64,000 nucleotides of DNA from an uncultured delta proteobacterium (GTDB lineage: Bacteria; Myxococcota_A; Polyangia; Polyangiales; Polyangiaceae), in the NCBI GenBank assembly GCA_963850305.1, contig CAWKKR010000008.1:1088001-1152000 (forward strand), written 5' to 3'. The translations under genes were made by a program, and so were the position numbers. Shown in pieces: positions 42,204-51,377 of the stretch (positions within the stretch are counted from its first letter, which is position 1; each line of letters starts with the position of its first letter). Below the pieces are notes generated by a model, which ran no database searches, was not told the origin of the DNA, and saw nothing but the letters and a program-made list of their open reading frames with translations.

Positions 42204-43016
42204 CTATTTGCACGAAGGGACGAAGAACGCGACGGAGATCGTCGTGCCGAGAACGTCGGGGTAGTCTGGAGGAGGGGGGGGCAGCTCGGAGCCGCCGCCG
42301 ACGATCCCGTCGAGCGTACTCTTGACGCGGCTATCGAAAATCTCGTTACCGCTCGGTTTCACGATCGAAAAGCCGGTGACGGTTCGCTCGCCCCCGATGT
42401 TCGCCGTGACCGACGCGCGCAGTTTCTTCAGGACGTCACACGGGATCTCGGTCGTCGGCCGCTTGAAGCGGGCGTTGAACCAGGACGAGATCTTGATGCG
42501 GTACTGACTGACGGCGAACGCCTTGAGCGGGTCCGTCTCCGTGCCTTCCTTGACGCCGTCCTGCGCGCCCTCCGTGGGCAGATTCGCCGGAGGCGTTTCC
42601 GCGGACTCGGTGGGCTTCGGCACCTCCTCGACCTTCTTCGCGACGGCGGCATCGGGCGGCGGCGGCTCGGCCGTCGGCTTCGCGAGCGGCGTGTCGGGGA
42701 TCTTTTCTTTGACGGCCTGGGCCTTCGGCGTGGGCGCACTCACCGCCTCGTACCGCTTGATGGGCGGCTTCTTCACCCACATATCGGGCAGCTTGGCGCG
42801 CATGCGCTTGCTCCCGAGCTTGAGGAGCGGCGGCATTTCGTCGAGGACGGGTTTGACCTCGATCGGAACGGGTTCCTTCGCGGCGTCGTCGACAGCGGTG
42901 ATGTGGGTCTGGCTCGTCGCCGTTTCGAACACGATGAACAGGCTGCCTTCGACGATGACCGCGAGCCCCGCGGCGAGCACGATCTCCGACGGTAAGAAGG
43001 CGCGGACCGCCGTCAT
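42204..43016 (-). CDS. TolA/TonB C-terminal domain protein
   Basis: N-terminal TM, Pro/Lys-rich linker, PSGNEIFD. Confidence 0.8.
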   Translation of the reverse strand: MTAVRAFLPSEIVLAAGLAVIVEGSLFIVFETATSQTHITAVDDAAKEPVPIEVKPVLDEMPPLLKLGSKRMRAKLPDMWVKKPPIKRYEAVSAPTPKAQAVKEKIPDTPLAKPTAEPPPPDAAVAKKVEEVPKPTESAETPPANLPTEGAQDGVKEGTETDPLKAFAVSQYRIKISSWFNARFKRPTTEIPCDVLKKLRASVTANIGGERTVTGFSIVKPSGNEIFDSRVKSTLDGIVGGGSELPPPPPDYPDVLGTTISVAFFVPSCK

Positions 43017-43468
43017 TTGGCCTTCGCGGTCACCTTGGCCGTCGGATCGTCGGGGATCTCCTCGAGCTCGGGTTGCACGAGGAGATTCAGGGACTTCACG
43101 CCCGCCGAGCGCGCCGCGGCGACGACCTTGGCGACCACGCCGTAGCGCGCGTCCTTGTCGGCGCGAATGTAGAGCTCGCTCTCGGTCTGAACGCGTTCGT
43201 TCGTCCGGAGTACGTCTTCGATCGTCTGGGTGACGTCTTTTTCGCCGAAGAGAATCCGCTCGTCCTTCGTGACGGTGACGAGCAGGCGGGCATCTTTCAC
43301 CGGCGTGCTCGCGGCTTTGACTTCGGGCAAATCGATGCGAAGGCCCGCCGTCAGGATCGGCGCGGTGACCATGAACACGATCACGAGGACGAGCATGACG
43401 TCCACGAGCGGCGTCACGTTGATGGTGGCGAAGCCGCCTCGACCGCGCCCGCGGAGCTCGCCCCCCAT
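43013..43468 (-). CDS. tolR: TolR/ExbD
   Basis: INVTPLVDVMLVLVIVFMVTAP. Confidence 0.9.
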   Translation of the reverse strand: MGGELRGRGRGGFATINVTPLVDVMLVLVIVFMVTAPILTAGLRIDLPEVKAASTPVKDARLLVTVTKDERILFGEKDVTQTIEDVLRTNERVQTESELYIRADKDARYGVVAKVVAAARSAGVKSLNLLVQPELEEIPDDPTAKVTAKAK

Positions 43469-43470
43469 GG

Positions 43471-44187
43471 TCAGTAACCGGCGGCGCGCGGGTGATCCGA
43501 GCGGACCAGCGGGACCGCGGCCGTCGAACCGCCCGGGTCGGCCGCCATCGTCTCTACCCAGACCTCGCTCGACGAGGTGAGCTCAGCCAAGAAATCCCCG
43601 ATGCGCTTGTCGACGTAGTTGTAGCCAATGGTCGCGGGGATCGCGGCGACGAGGCCGAACGCGGTCGCGATGAGGGCTTCACCGATGGCCGGTGCCACGA
43701 CGGGCAGCGACGCGCTCTTCTCGAGCCCGATCCGCAAAAAGGCGTTCATGATGCCCCACACCGTCCCGAAGAGCCCGACGAACGGCGACGCGCTCGCGAT
43801 GCTGGCGAGCGTCGGCATGAGCCGCGACGCGCGCTGCTCCTCTTGAACGATCGCGCGGCGCGCGACGGCCTGGAGAAGTTCCGCGCTGAGGTTCCGCTGG
43901 TGATGCCGCTTCGCGAGCTCGATGACGACTCTGCCACCCGGCGACGCCTCGTGCTTCAGCGCGAGCGAGATGAGATCCTGGGCGTTCACTACGGCCTCGG
44001 CTTCGCGCTCGAAGTCCAGGTTGAGCGCGCGCAGGCGCAGCACCTGGAGCGTCTTCAGCAGCCAGATCAGCCAGACCGCGAAGGAGGCGATCATCAGCAG
44101 AAGCAGGACGACGCGCACGATCCCCGACGCGCTCGCCATGAGCGCCAATGGATCGATCTGAAGCGAGGTGCTGGGTGGGCCGTTCAC
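43471..44187 (-). CDS. tolQ: TolQ/ExbB proton channel
   Basis: SPFVGLFGTVWGIM, APAIGEALIATA. Confidence 0.9.
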   Translation of the reverse strand: MNGPPSTSLQIDPLALMASASGIVRVVLLLLMIASFAVWLIWLLKTLQVLRLRALNLDFEREAEAVVNAQDLISLALKHEASPGGRVVIELAKRHHQRNLSAELLQAVARRAIVQEEQRASRLMPTLASIASASPFVGLFGTVWGIMNAFLRIGLEKSASLPVVAPAIGEALIATAFGLVAAIPATIGYNYVDKRIGDFLAELTSSSEVWVETMAADPGGSTAAVPLVRSDHPRAAGY

Positions 44188-44220
44188 CGGATTTCCGTAT
44201 AGCCCGGATGGGCGCCGAGG

Positions 44221-44757
44221 TCAGGTCCCGAGCACGACATCCACGCGGCGATCCTTCGCCCAGCCCGCTTCATCCGTGCCGGTTGCGTCCATTGCTCCAC
44301 GGGACGTGGTAGCGGCCTGGCTCGCTGGGAGGCCCACGCCGACGAGGGCGCGCTTGACGTTGTCCGCGCGCTTCCCACCCAGGACCATGTTGTATTCCTC
44401 CTCGCCGCGAGGATCGGCGTGGCCGACGAGGTTCATGTTGCGGCCCTTGAGGGGGCCCGTCGTGAAGCACGCGGCCAGCTTGACGAGCACATTGTGAGCC
44501 GCGGCCTCGACGTGCGCCGAGTCGAAGGCGAAGTACGCCTCGGCATCGGTGATGCCGCAGGCGCGGCGGATCTCGTCGGAAATGTTGATCTGACTCTGAG
44601 TGGGGTTGTCGTCGGGCTTCTCGGGGGGTGCCGGCGTCGCCGCTACTGGCGGGGGCTCGGTGCCGCCCGAAGGCGCCACCGGCGGCGGCTTGGCCTCCGA
44701 ACCGCAAGCCGCGACGCTGAACGCAAGAACAACCCCAAGGTGCTTCATCATCGACAT
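44221..44757 (-). CDS. pal: peptidoglycan-associated lipoprotein (OmpA family)
   Basis: Lipobox VAAC, YFAFD, GHADPRG.EEYN.VLG.KRA, DRRV. Confidence 0.88.
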   Translation of the reverse strand: MSMMKHLGVVLAFSVAACGSEAKPPPVAPSGGTEPPPVAATPAPPEKPDDNPTQSQINISDEIRRACGITDAEAYFAFDSAHVEAAAHNVLVKLAACFTTGPLKGRNMNLVGHADPRGEEEYNMVLGGKRADNVKRALVGVGLPASQAATTSRGAMDATGTDEAGWAKDRRVDVVLGT

Positions 44758-44986
44758 CTTCGAGACCTCCGATCGAGTCGTTTGACTTCAAACGGACTCG
44801 CGCTCGCCTTCGGTAACCAGCGGGTCATACCGTGAATCCAACGCTGCCGTAGATAGCTTTTTTTTCGACTGTCCGGGGGGCTGTTCCGCGGCCCTCCGAC
44901 GAGACGCCAACGAGGGGCGACGGCCTGATATTCCCCGGTCCGGCAATTTGGCGGTCTCGATCCGAGCGGGCGTCTCCTCTGCCCGA

Positions 44987-45310
44987 TCACCGTCCAAGGA
45001 GGTAGAGCAATGCGGCGGAGCCCAGCGCAAAGAGGAGAATGGCGAAGACCCGCAGGAGGGTCGTGGCGCGGGAACGCTCGGGGACGCGCTCGAGCTCGAG
45101 GCTGGCCATCGCGAGCGTCGCGATTCCCTGAAGTCGCCTCTGAGCAATCGGTCCGCGCGTGTGGTCGCCGGCCATCCCGCGGTAACGCACGGCAGCTTCG
45201 AGAAGCTGATTCTTGGAGCGGCAATATTCTATGAACGCACCGTGTCTCTCGTCGTCGTCCCAGGCGTCGATGACCTTCTTCCAGAGGGCTTCGAGCACGG
45301 GGTCCGTCAT
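44987..45310 (-). CDS. small membrane protein
   Basis: Start overlaps upstream stop; C-terminal TM. Confidence 0.7.
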   Translation of the reverse strand: MTDPVLEALWKKVIDAWDDDERHGAFIEYCRSKNQLLEAAVRYRGMAGDHTRGPIAQRRLQGIATLAMASLELERVPERSRATTLLRVFAILLFALGSAALLYLLGR

Positions 45311-45762
45311 CGGACGTCGGTGAGGCCCAGTTCCCGCATCAGCCGACGCGTGACCTCGAAGTACTCTGCGCGCTCGTACGGTTCGTTGAGGATGTGAAAG
45401 TCCTTGCCCGAGAGCCCCGCGCAGCCGAACGAATAAGTACAATCCGCAAGAGCGACGCAGCGCACGAGGTACGAACTACGGAGCGAGCTCTCCGTGCTGA
45501 TGCAATGCGAGCACGCGACGAGGGAGCGACACCCGCGGCAATGCGAACAGTCGTCGCACTGGGAGCACGCAACGCAATAGTGACAGCGGGAGAGACGCTC
45601 GGACTCGTGACAGAACGTGCAATCCGCGCACGAGCGGCATCCTACGCAGAGCACCGATCCGGTGTTTTCTGCTGCCGCCGCAGCAGCCACGAGGTCGCGG
45701 AACCGCTTCTCGAATCGCGCGGCGTCGAGGACGGCAGGATCGAGGCGCGGGAAGCGATTCAC
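45307..45762 (-). CDS. Cys-rich CxxC-repeat protein
   Basis: 17 Cys with 3-residue periodicity; FGCAGL...HILN.PY tail. Confidence 0.8.
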   Translation of the reverse strand: MNRFPRLDPAVLDAARFEKRFRDLVAAAAAAENTGSVLCVGCRSCADCTFCHESERLSRCHYCVACSQCDDCSHCRGCRSLVACSHCISTESSLRSSYLVRCVALADCTYSFGCAGLSGKDFHILNEPYERAEYFEVTRRLMRELGLTDVR

Positions 45763-46364
45763 GTCCGGATCGCGCGCCGGAGTCGTTCCGCCAGGTCGCG
45801 CGTCGGGGCCTCGTCCGCGTGTTCCTCCAAGCGTCGGAGACGCTGGTCGAGAACGGGCTTTTTGATGGGTTCAGCGTCCTCGAGCAACTGGGACATCGCA
45901 ACCAGGCTCTCCCGCGCCCGCGCCTCGTCGAAGTGTTCGAGCAGTTGCAGATGGACTTCCTGCTCGTGGGGAAGCTCGAATCCGTTCCGCAGAAATTCGT
46001 CCGCGGCGCGCGAGATCGCGCCGCGACCCTGGCTCGCCATCAGCCGACCGAGGAGCTTCCGGCGTTCACGCTCGCGGTCGTCGGCCTCGCCGCCGCCGAT
46101 CTGGATGATACGCGCCGTTCTCCGCTGTGGCTCGGGAGCCGCGACGACCGAGGACGCCACGGCGGGCTCCTCGACGCGAGCGGCGGATTCCGCCGTGCGA
46201 CGCGGGGTCGCGGACGCGGCGATGCTCCGCGGAGGTTTCTTCACGATCACCGGCGAGTCCGGACGCCGTGCGGCGATCCGGACCGGCTCGGGTCGTTCGG
46301 CGCGTTCGGCCTTTGGTTTTCGTCGGCTCTTTTCCCAGCTGGATCTCTGACGTTGTCCGTCCAT
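45759..46364 (-). CDS. hypothetical protein
   Basis: Basic disordered N-terminus and helical C-terminus; overlaps downstream start. Confidence 0.7.
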   Translation of the reverse strand: MDGQRQRSSWEKSRRKPKAERAERPEPVRIAARRPDSPVIVKKPPRSIAASATPRRTAESAARVEEPAVASSVVAAPEPQRRTARIIQIGGGEADDRERERRKLLGRLMASQGRGAISRAADEFLRNGFELPHEQEVHLQLLEHFDEARARESLVAMSQLLEDAEPIKKPVLDQRLRRLEEHADEAPTRDLAERLRRAIRT

Positions 46365-46671
46365 GTCGCTCTCACTTGGCCCGTTGCCGTGCCATTTGCC
46401 GCCCGGTCCGATGCAAGGGGTCCGGCTGCGGTTCTGCGGGGCTCTGTGCCCGCTTCCTCGAGATCGGGCCGCCGCGCGCTCCCGCGGTTGCCCCTCACCT
46501 TGCCCGTCCCGGCTCTGCCCCCGGCCGTCCGAGAGGCTCAACCGACACCGAAATCTGGCAAGTCGCGCGCCGAAAGCCGACCGCGCCTTTTGCGCATACC
46601 ACGGCGGCCGCCTTTCGACTTACCAAAAAAACCCCGGCCGTTTGGGGTTCTCGGGTACCTTCGAAACCTCC

Positions 46672-47592
46672 ATGGAGCACGGGCAGAGGTTCTGGCAGGA
46701 CGGGCAGGTCCTCGAGTGGGACGCCGCCGGAAAGGTCTCGCTCCTCACGCACACGCTGCACTACGGCCTGGGGGCATTCGAAGGAATTCGCGCGTATAGA
46801 CGGTCGCACGGCGAGAGCGTCATTTTCCGGCTGACCGAGCACGTGATCCGGTTATTCGAGTCCTGCCGCCTGGTCTTCATCACGCCGCGCGTCACTCGTG
46901 CGGAGCTGGAAGCAGGATGCGCAGCGGTTCTTCGCGAGAATGCACTCGCCGAGGCTTACATACGCCCGATCGTCTTTCTCGGCGAGGGATCGATGGGACT
47001 TCTGCCGAGGGACAATCCGGCAGTCACCGCAATCATGGCGTGGACCTGGGGCGCGTACCTCGGGGCGAAGGGGCTCGACGAAGGGATTCGGTGCAAGGTC
47101 TCGAGCTTCGCGCGCGGCGCGGTGAACGCCGGGCTCCCCCGCGGAAAGATCGTCGGGCAATACGTGAACTCGACGCTCGCGAAGCAGGAAGCGACGCTCG
47201 CAGGATACGACGAAGCGTTGCTCCTCGACGCGAGCGGCTACGTCAGCGAAGGTTCCGGGGAAAATATCTTCATCGTGCGGAACGGGAGGCTCGCGACGCC
47301 GCCCCTGTCGTCGTCGATCCTCGCAGGCATCACCCGCGACACGGTAATCACTCTTGCCAAAGAGGAGGGCCTGGTCGTCGTGGAAGAGCAGTTGACACGC
47401 GACGCGGTCTACCTGGCGGAAGAGGTTTTCTTGACGGGCACGGCGGCCGAGATCACGCCGGTGCGCGAGATCGACAATCGCGCAATCGGCGCCGGGACGG
47501 CAGGTCCGGTGACGAAAACGTTGCAGCGGCGTTACTTCGACATCGCGCGCGGCTCCGACGATTCGCATCCCGAGTGGCTCACCCGCGTATGA
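46672..47592 (+). CDS. ilvE: branched-chain amino acid aminotransferase
   Basis: LHYGLGAFEGIR, EGSGENIF, LAGITRD, TGTAAE. Confidence 0.96.
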   Translation: MEHGQRFWQDGQVLEWDAAGKVSLLTHTLHYGLGAFEGIRAYRRSHGESVIFRLTEHVIRLFESCRLVFITPRVTRAELEAGCAAVLRENALAEAYIRPIVFLGEGSMGLLPRDNPAVTAIMAWTWGAYLGAKGLDEGIRCKVSSFARGAVNAGLPRGKIVGQYVNSTLAKQEATLAGYDEALLLDASGYVSEGSGENIFIVRNGRLATPPLSSSILAGITRDTVITLAKEEGLVVVEEQLTRDAVYLAEEVFLTGTAAEITPVREIDNRAIGAGTAGPVTKTLQRRYFDIARGSDDSHPEWLTRV

Positions 47593-48215
47593 ACGTCGCG
47601 TGGAGGTGCGCGCTCGCGCTGTCGATGGCGCTGTCGTGCTGCACGTCGCCGTCGCCACCGCCGTCCCGTGTAACGCCCGCAGCGCCCACGGACGCTCCAC
47701 TGCCGAACTCTGGCTGGAGCTCCCTGGTGTCACGGCACTTCATGGTCGAGTTGCCCATCCCGGACGCCGAGCACTGGAGCGTCGATGACCACTCGGACCG
47801 CTGGCTCGTCGCGCAGCACGCACCCTCGAAGTCCATGCTCTGGGTACGCGAATGGCACGAAGGCTCGGTCGTCACGCACGCCCAGTGCGAAGCCGAAGCG
47901 CGACTCTTGCGCCCGGACCTTCTCGGTCGAGACGAGTCGGCGCTCGTCGACCGGCGTGTGCTCGGTGCTCCGCCGGACTTCGATACCGAGGTCGGCTTTT
48001 CCGTTCGCCGCGCGAAGAGCGCGCTCGGCGGCGTTGCAGTCGCGATCGGCGCGAACCTGAGGACGTGCCTCGTGATGGCCTACGCGACCCGAGCGGACGG
48101 GCCGAATGCTCCGGCAATCATCGGTCAGCGGCTGGCGCTCGTCGCGGAACGCGTCTTCGGTCGAGCCGCGACTCGAACCATCGAGGATCGCGTCGCGCCG
48201 GAAGAATCGCGTTAG
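47589..48215 (+). CDS. putative lipoprotein
   Basis: ATG overlaps ilvE stop; signal ending LSCC. Confidence 0.7.
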   Translation: MNVAWRCALALSMALSCCTSPSPPPSRVTPAAPTDAPLPNSGWSSLVSRHFMVELPIPDAEHWSVDDHSDRWLVAQHAPSKSMLWVREWHEGSVVTHAQCEAEARLLRPDLLGRDESALVDRRVLGAPPDFDTEVGFSVRRAKSALGGVAVAIGANLRTCLVMAYATRADGPNAPAIIGQRLALVAERVFGRAATRTIEDRVAPEESR

Positions 48216-48278
48216 CAGCTTCTGGCCCACCGGATGAACACGGGTGTCTCCTCGCCCTTTCTCGGGCACGGGCGCTGC

Positions 48279-49100
48279 TCAGAATCCGAGACCCACGACG
48301 CTGCGAATCCAGATCTTTCCGAAGCTGTCCCCCGAAAGTGGATCCAGGTCGTGATTCCAGTCGGTCAAGCGCACGTAGACCCCGTTCGTCCACCATAGCG
48401 CGCCAAACTGCAGCAAGAGAGCCGGGCCGAGGTATTGATGCGGTCCAAGCTCGAAGGGGCGCGGCGACGTCGCGTTCTCTTCCTGGTATTCGCCGTACAT
48501 CCACCACTCGATGCCGGGTTGTACGGACGGCGTCGCCTCGAAGGTGAGCCCCGCCGACGGGTTCAAGACGAGGTCGTGTCTTCCGTCGAAGTAGAACTCC
48601 TCTTCCGCGGTGGCGTTCGCGATGACGCGCATGATGCCGAAGCGCCGCTGCAAGATCGCCTTCGCCTCGAGCTCGATCTCGCGTTCGTTTTCGCTGACCT
48701 CGCCGTAGAGCGCGACGTCGATCGGCCAGGCGCCCGTGTCCGCGAGCTTGTACCGGAGACGCTGCTTCATGCCGTTGCCTTCGACGGCAAGCGGGACCTC
48801 CTCGAAATCGGACGGCGCCGCGGGCGCGTACGTGACGTAAAGCCCGAGTTCGAGACGATCGGTCAGCCCATGTTCGAACTCGGTTTGAAACTGAAGCAGG
48901 CCGTACGTGACGGTGCCCTGCGTCCCTGAAAGGGCATGGACCGGCGTGTAGTCGACGTATTGCTCGATCTCCGTCGAGCCCTCGCCCAGCTGCTCGTGCG
49001 GGTAAGAAAACGGTAAGGGCCGGGGATTTGCGAACGCCGATCTCGCGCATAGGGCGGCTGCCGCCGTCGCCATCGCCGCATTGAAAGCCAGTCGAGGCAC
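48279..49100 (-). CDS. putative outer-membrane beta-barrel protein
   Basis: Signal peptide, alternating beta strands, C-terminal Phe. Confidence 0.7.
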   Translation of the reverse strand: MPRLAFNAAMATAAAALCARSAFANPRPLPFSYPHEQLGEGSTEIEQYVDYTPVHALSGTQGTVTYGLLQFQTEFEHGLTDRLELGLYVTYAPAAPSDFEEVPLAVEGNGMKQRLRYKLADTGAWPIDVALYGEVSENEREIELEAKAILQRRFGIMRVIANATAEEEFYFDGRHDLVLNPSAGLTFEATPSVQPGIEWWMYGEYQEENATSPRPFELGPHQYLGPALLLQFGALWWTNGVYVRLTDWNHDLDPLSGDSFGKIWIRSVVGLGF

Positions 49101-49421
49101 TTTCGGTTCCTTTGTTCGCGCGGGACCGTATTGAAAATGAAATTCATTTGCAACACCTTTCTCGAGCAGGGAACCGTCATCACGAGAGGCAGCCGGGAAT
49201 GCGGCCGCTGAATGCTAGGACCAGAAGCCGCTTGTCGAGTCATGCGCAGTACCCGTTCGGGTACCCCGAGACATACCTATGGGACCCACATATGGACGAC
49301 GGTCGATCGCAAGTGTGGGTCGGCGACTGATTCGCATGGTGGCGCGTGAGAAGAAGCGTCAGAAGAATTGTGGAACATGACTTTCGAAATCGGGTAAGGA
49401 CCTCCGAACGAGGGAGTCGAA

Positions 49422-49853
49422 ATGGCGACGGCGCGACCGAGCGACGGAGCGGCGACGGATGAAGCGCTTCACTGCGCCGACTCCGAGCGAGAAACACGTG
49501 CGAGCGGCTTTCAGAGGCGCTCGGCGACGCGCGAGGACCCACGGGCAGCATCGGAAGAGCCCACCTCGAAAACGAAGTGGACGGTCGTGCAGGCCTTCGT
49601 GCGCGGCGACTTTCACTATCAGTTGCGCCGTCGGCCGGCACATCATACCCAGCCGCGATTGACCCAACGCGAGGAGCAGGTGCTGGCTCTCGCCCGTGAT
49701 GGCCACTCGAACAAGAGCATTGCGTACGCGCTCGGCCTCTCCCCATCCACGGTGGGCGTGTTGTTGTTTCGCGCCGCCGCCAAGATGGGCGCAAGATCGC
49801 GACGCGAACTGCTCCTGGCGTACGCCCGGTCGAAGCAGTCAATCGGGCGCTAG
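49422..49853 (+). CDS. LuxR-type HTH transcriptional regulator
   Basis: LTQREEQVL...GHSNKSIA..LGLSPSTV. Confidence 0.88.
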   Translation: MATARPSDGAATDEALHCADSERETRASGFQRRSATREDPRAASEEPTSKTKWTVVQAFVRGDFHYQLRRRPAHHTQPRLTQREEQVLALARDGHSNKSIAYALGLSPSTVGVLLFRAAAKMGARSRRELLLAYARSKQSIGR

Positions 49854-50318
49854 TGCTGCGGCCGCTGGTCTCCATGCGCGTGAATCGCCGCGACCGACGG
49901 GGCCAACCGATGACCACCGGCGCAGGCGTTCGCAGTGGAGATCGGCAAAAGCCGGTCAAGTCCACTGCCGAATTTCGAGGAACTTTTCCGAGCGAGCACC
50001 GTCGAGGATCTGGCAAACCAAAGCGCATTTACATCGCGGGTCGTAAACTTTCCATCGCGGGTCGTCGGCGTCGGACTCGACGTTTCTCCGTCGCTTCGCG
50101 AAACTCACGGAAGTGACCTTCGATGTGGCCGGATCACATATTTACGGGTCACCTCGTAAACGCGTAAAATCTTGCAAATGCAGCCGCGTTCGATGACTCT
50201 TCATCTCACAATAGAGATGTGGGCCGGTGGCGCAGACCACCGCAGGGGATTGCGCCGTCCCAATCCGAAGACTCAGGCGCAGAGGTTCGTGATCCTCGAT
50301 CGCGGGAGGAGATTCCCC

Positions 50319-51344
50319 TTGGAAGATGAGAGGCTTTCTGGTGTCGCACCGCCATCGGTGATTCCTCGCAGTGACGTTCCCATTTCATCGGCGCCCGGCG
50401 ATGCCGACATGGAGGTCCGACCGTTCGTCGCCCACGGGCTCCTGCGCGCCTCCGTTCCGGAGACGATCGGGCTTGCCTGGACCCACGCCAAACCAGGACG
50501 CGACGTCGCCTTGCGCTCGCATCCCATACCGGGGTTGCTCGTCATCCTGCAGGGACGGGCCGAGCTGACCGGGCGGACGCGACGCTTCGTCGAGCAAGGC
50601 GATGTGGTGACCTTACCGAGTCATCACGAGTACGGCTTCGCTTCAGTGGGTCATGCCGGTCTAACTGCGCTGCACGTGGCGTTCCGTAAGGACCCCGAAT
50701 ACCGGACCGACGAAATCCTCAGTCTCGAACATCTGCTCGCACGCAACGAAGTTCGGGCGCAGCTTTCCATCGAAGGTCCCGCCTTTCAACTGCTCAGAAA
50801 CGGCGCTCTCGATGGAGTGAGAAGTCGCGCCCGATTCATCGACTCGATCCGCGTCTTCTCCGACGCCTTTCAGACGATTCTGCTGACGCGTCAGGCAACT
50901 TGCTTCGACGAAGCATACATCCGGACGTTTCACGAACACTTCACCGAGGAGCTCGGACATAACGAGCTTCTCACCGTAACCGAAAATCGGAAGGCTCCGT
51001 CCGACCCAGTCCTTCGCGCGACCTCGCTATGGTTTTGCCACCAGATGCTGGTGCTCGACAACATCGGTAAAGCCGCCCTCGTGCACCTCGTGCTGGAGAC
51101 GGCCGGCCACTACTTTCATACCCTCGCCGAACCCGTTCTCTCCGCAGACGTGAACGCGGGTTACTTTCACGTCCACGCCGAAGCCGACGACGATCACAAG
51201 GACGTCGCCATCGAGTTGCTCGAAGGGCAGCACCCGCACACCTATAGACGCTTGCACCGGATCATCGAGGACGGCTGGGACGTTTTCGACACGATGATGG
51301 CGCGCGTCGCGCACCTGGTCGACCTCGAGACCTCGAGTTCCTGA
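50319..51344 (+). CDS. degenerate cupin + heme-oxygenase-like diiron (HDO) domain fusion
   Basis: EELGH, LVLE, YFHVHAEADDDH ligand set; TTG start with GGGAGGAG RBS. Confidence 0.8.
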   Translation: MEDERLSGVAPPSVIPRSDVPISSAPGDADMEVRPFVAHGLLRASVPETIGLAWTHAKPGRDVALRSHPIPGLLVILQGRAELTGRTRRFVEQGDVVTLPSHHEYGFASVGHAGLTALHVAFRKDPEYRTDEILSLEHLLARNEVRAQLSIEGPAFQLLRNGALDGVRSRARFIDSIRVFSDAFQTILLTRQATCFDEAYIRTFHEHFTEELGHNELLTVTENRKAPSDPVLRATSLWFCHQMLVLDNIGKAALVHLVLETAGHYFHTLAEPVLSADVNAGYFHVHAEADDDHKDVAIELLEGQHPHTYRRLHRIIEDGWDVFDTMMARVAHLVDLETSSS

Positions 51345-51377
51345 CACGCGCCAGCGAACGGAGAAGAAGGTGAAGCC

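Noticed and set aside
40683..42995. Long antisense ORFs (also 36584-38344, 31336-33126, 22966-24258)
   Set aside because: Shadow frames of well-supported genes on the opposite strand, expected in high-GC DNA
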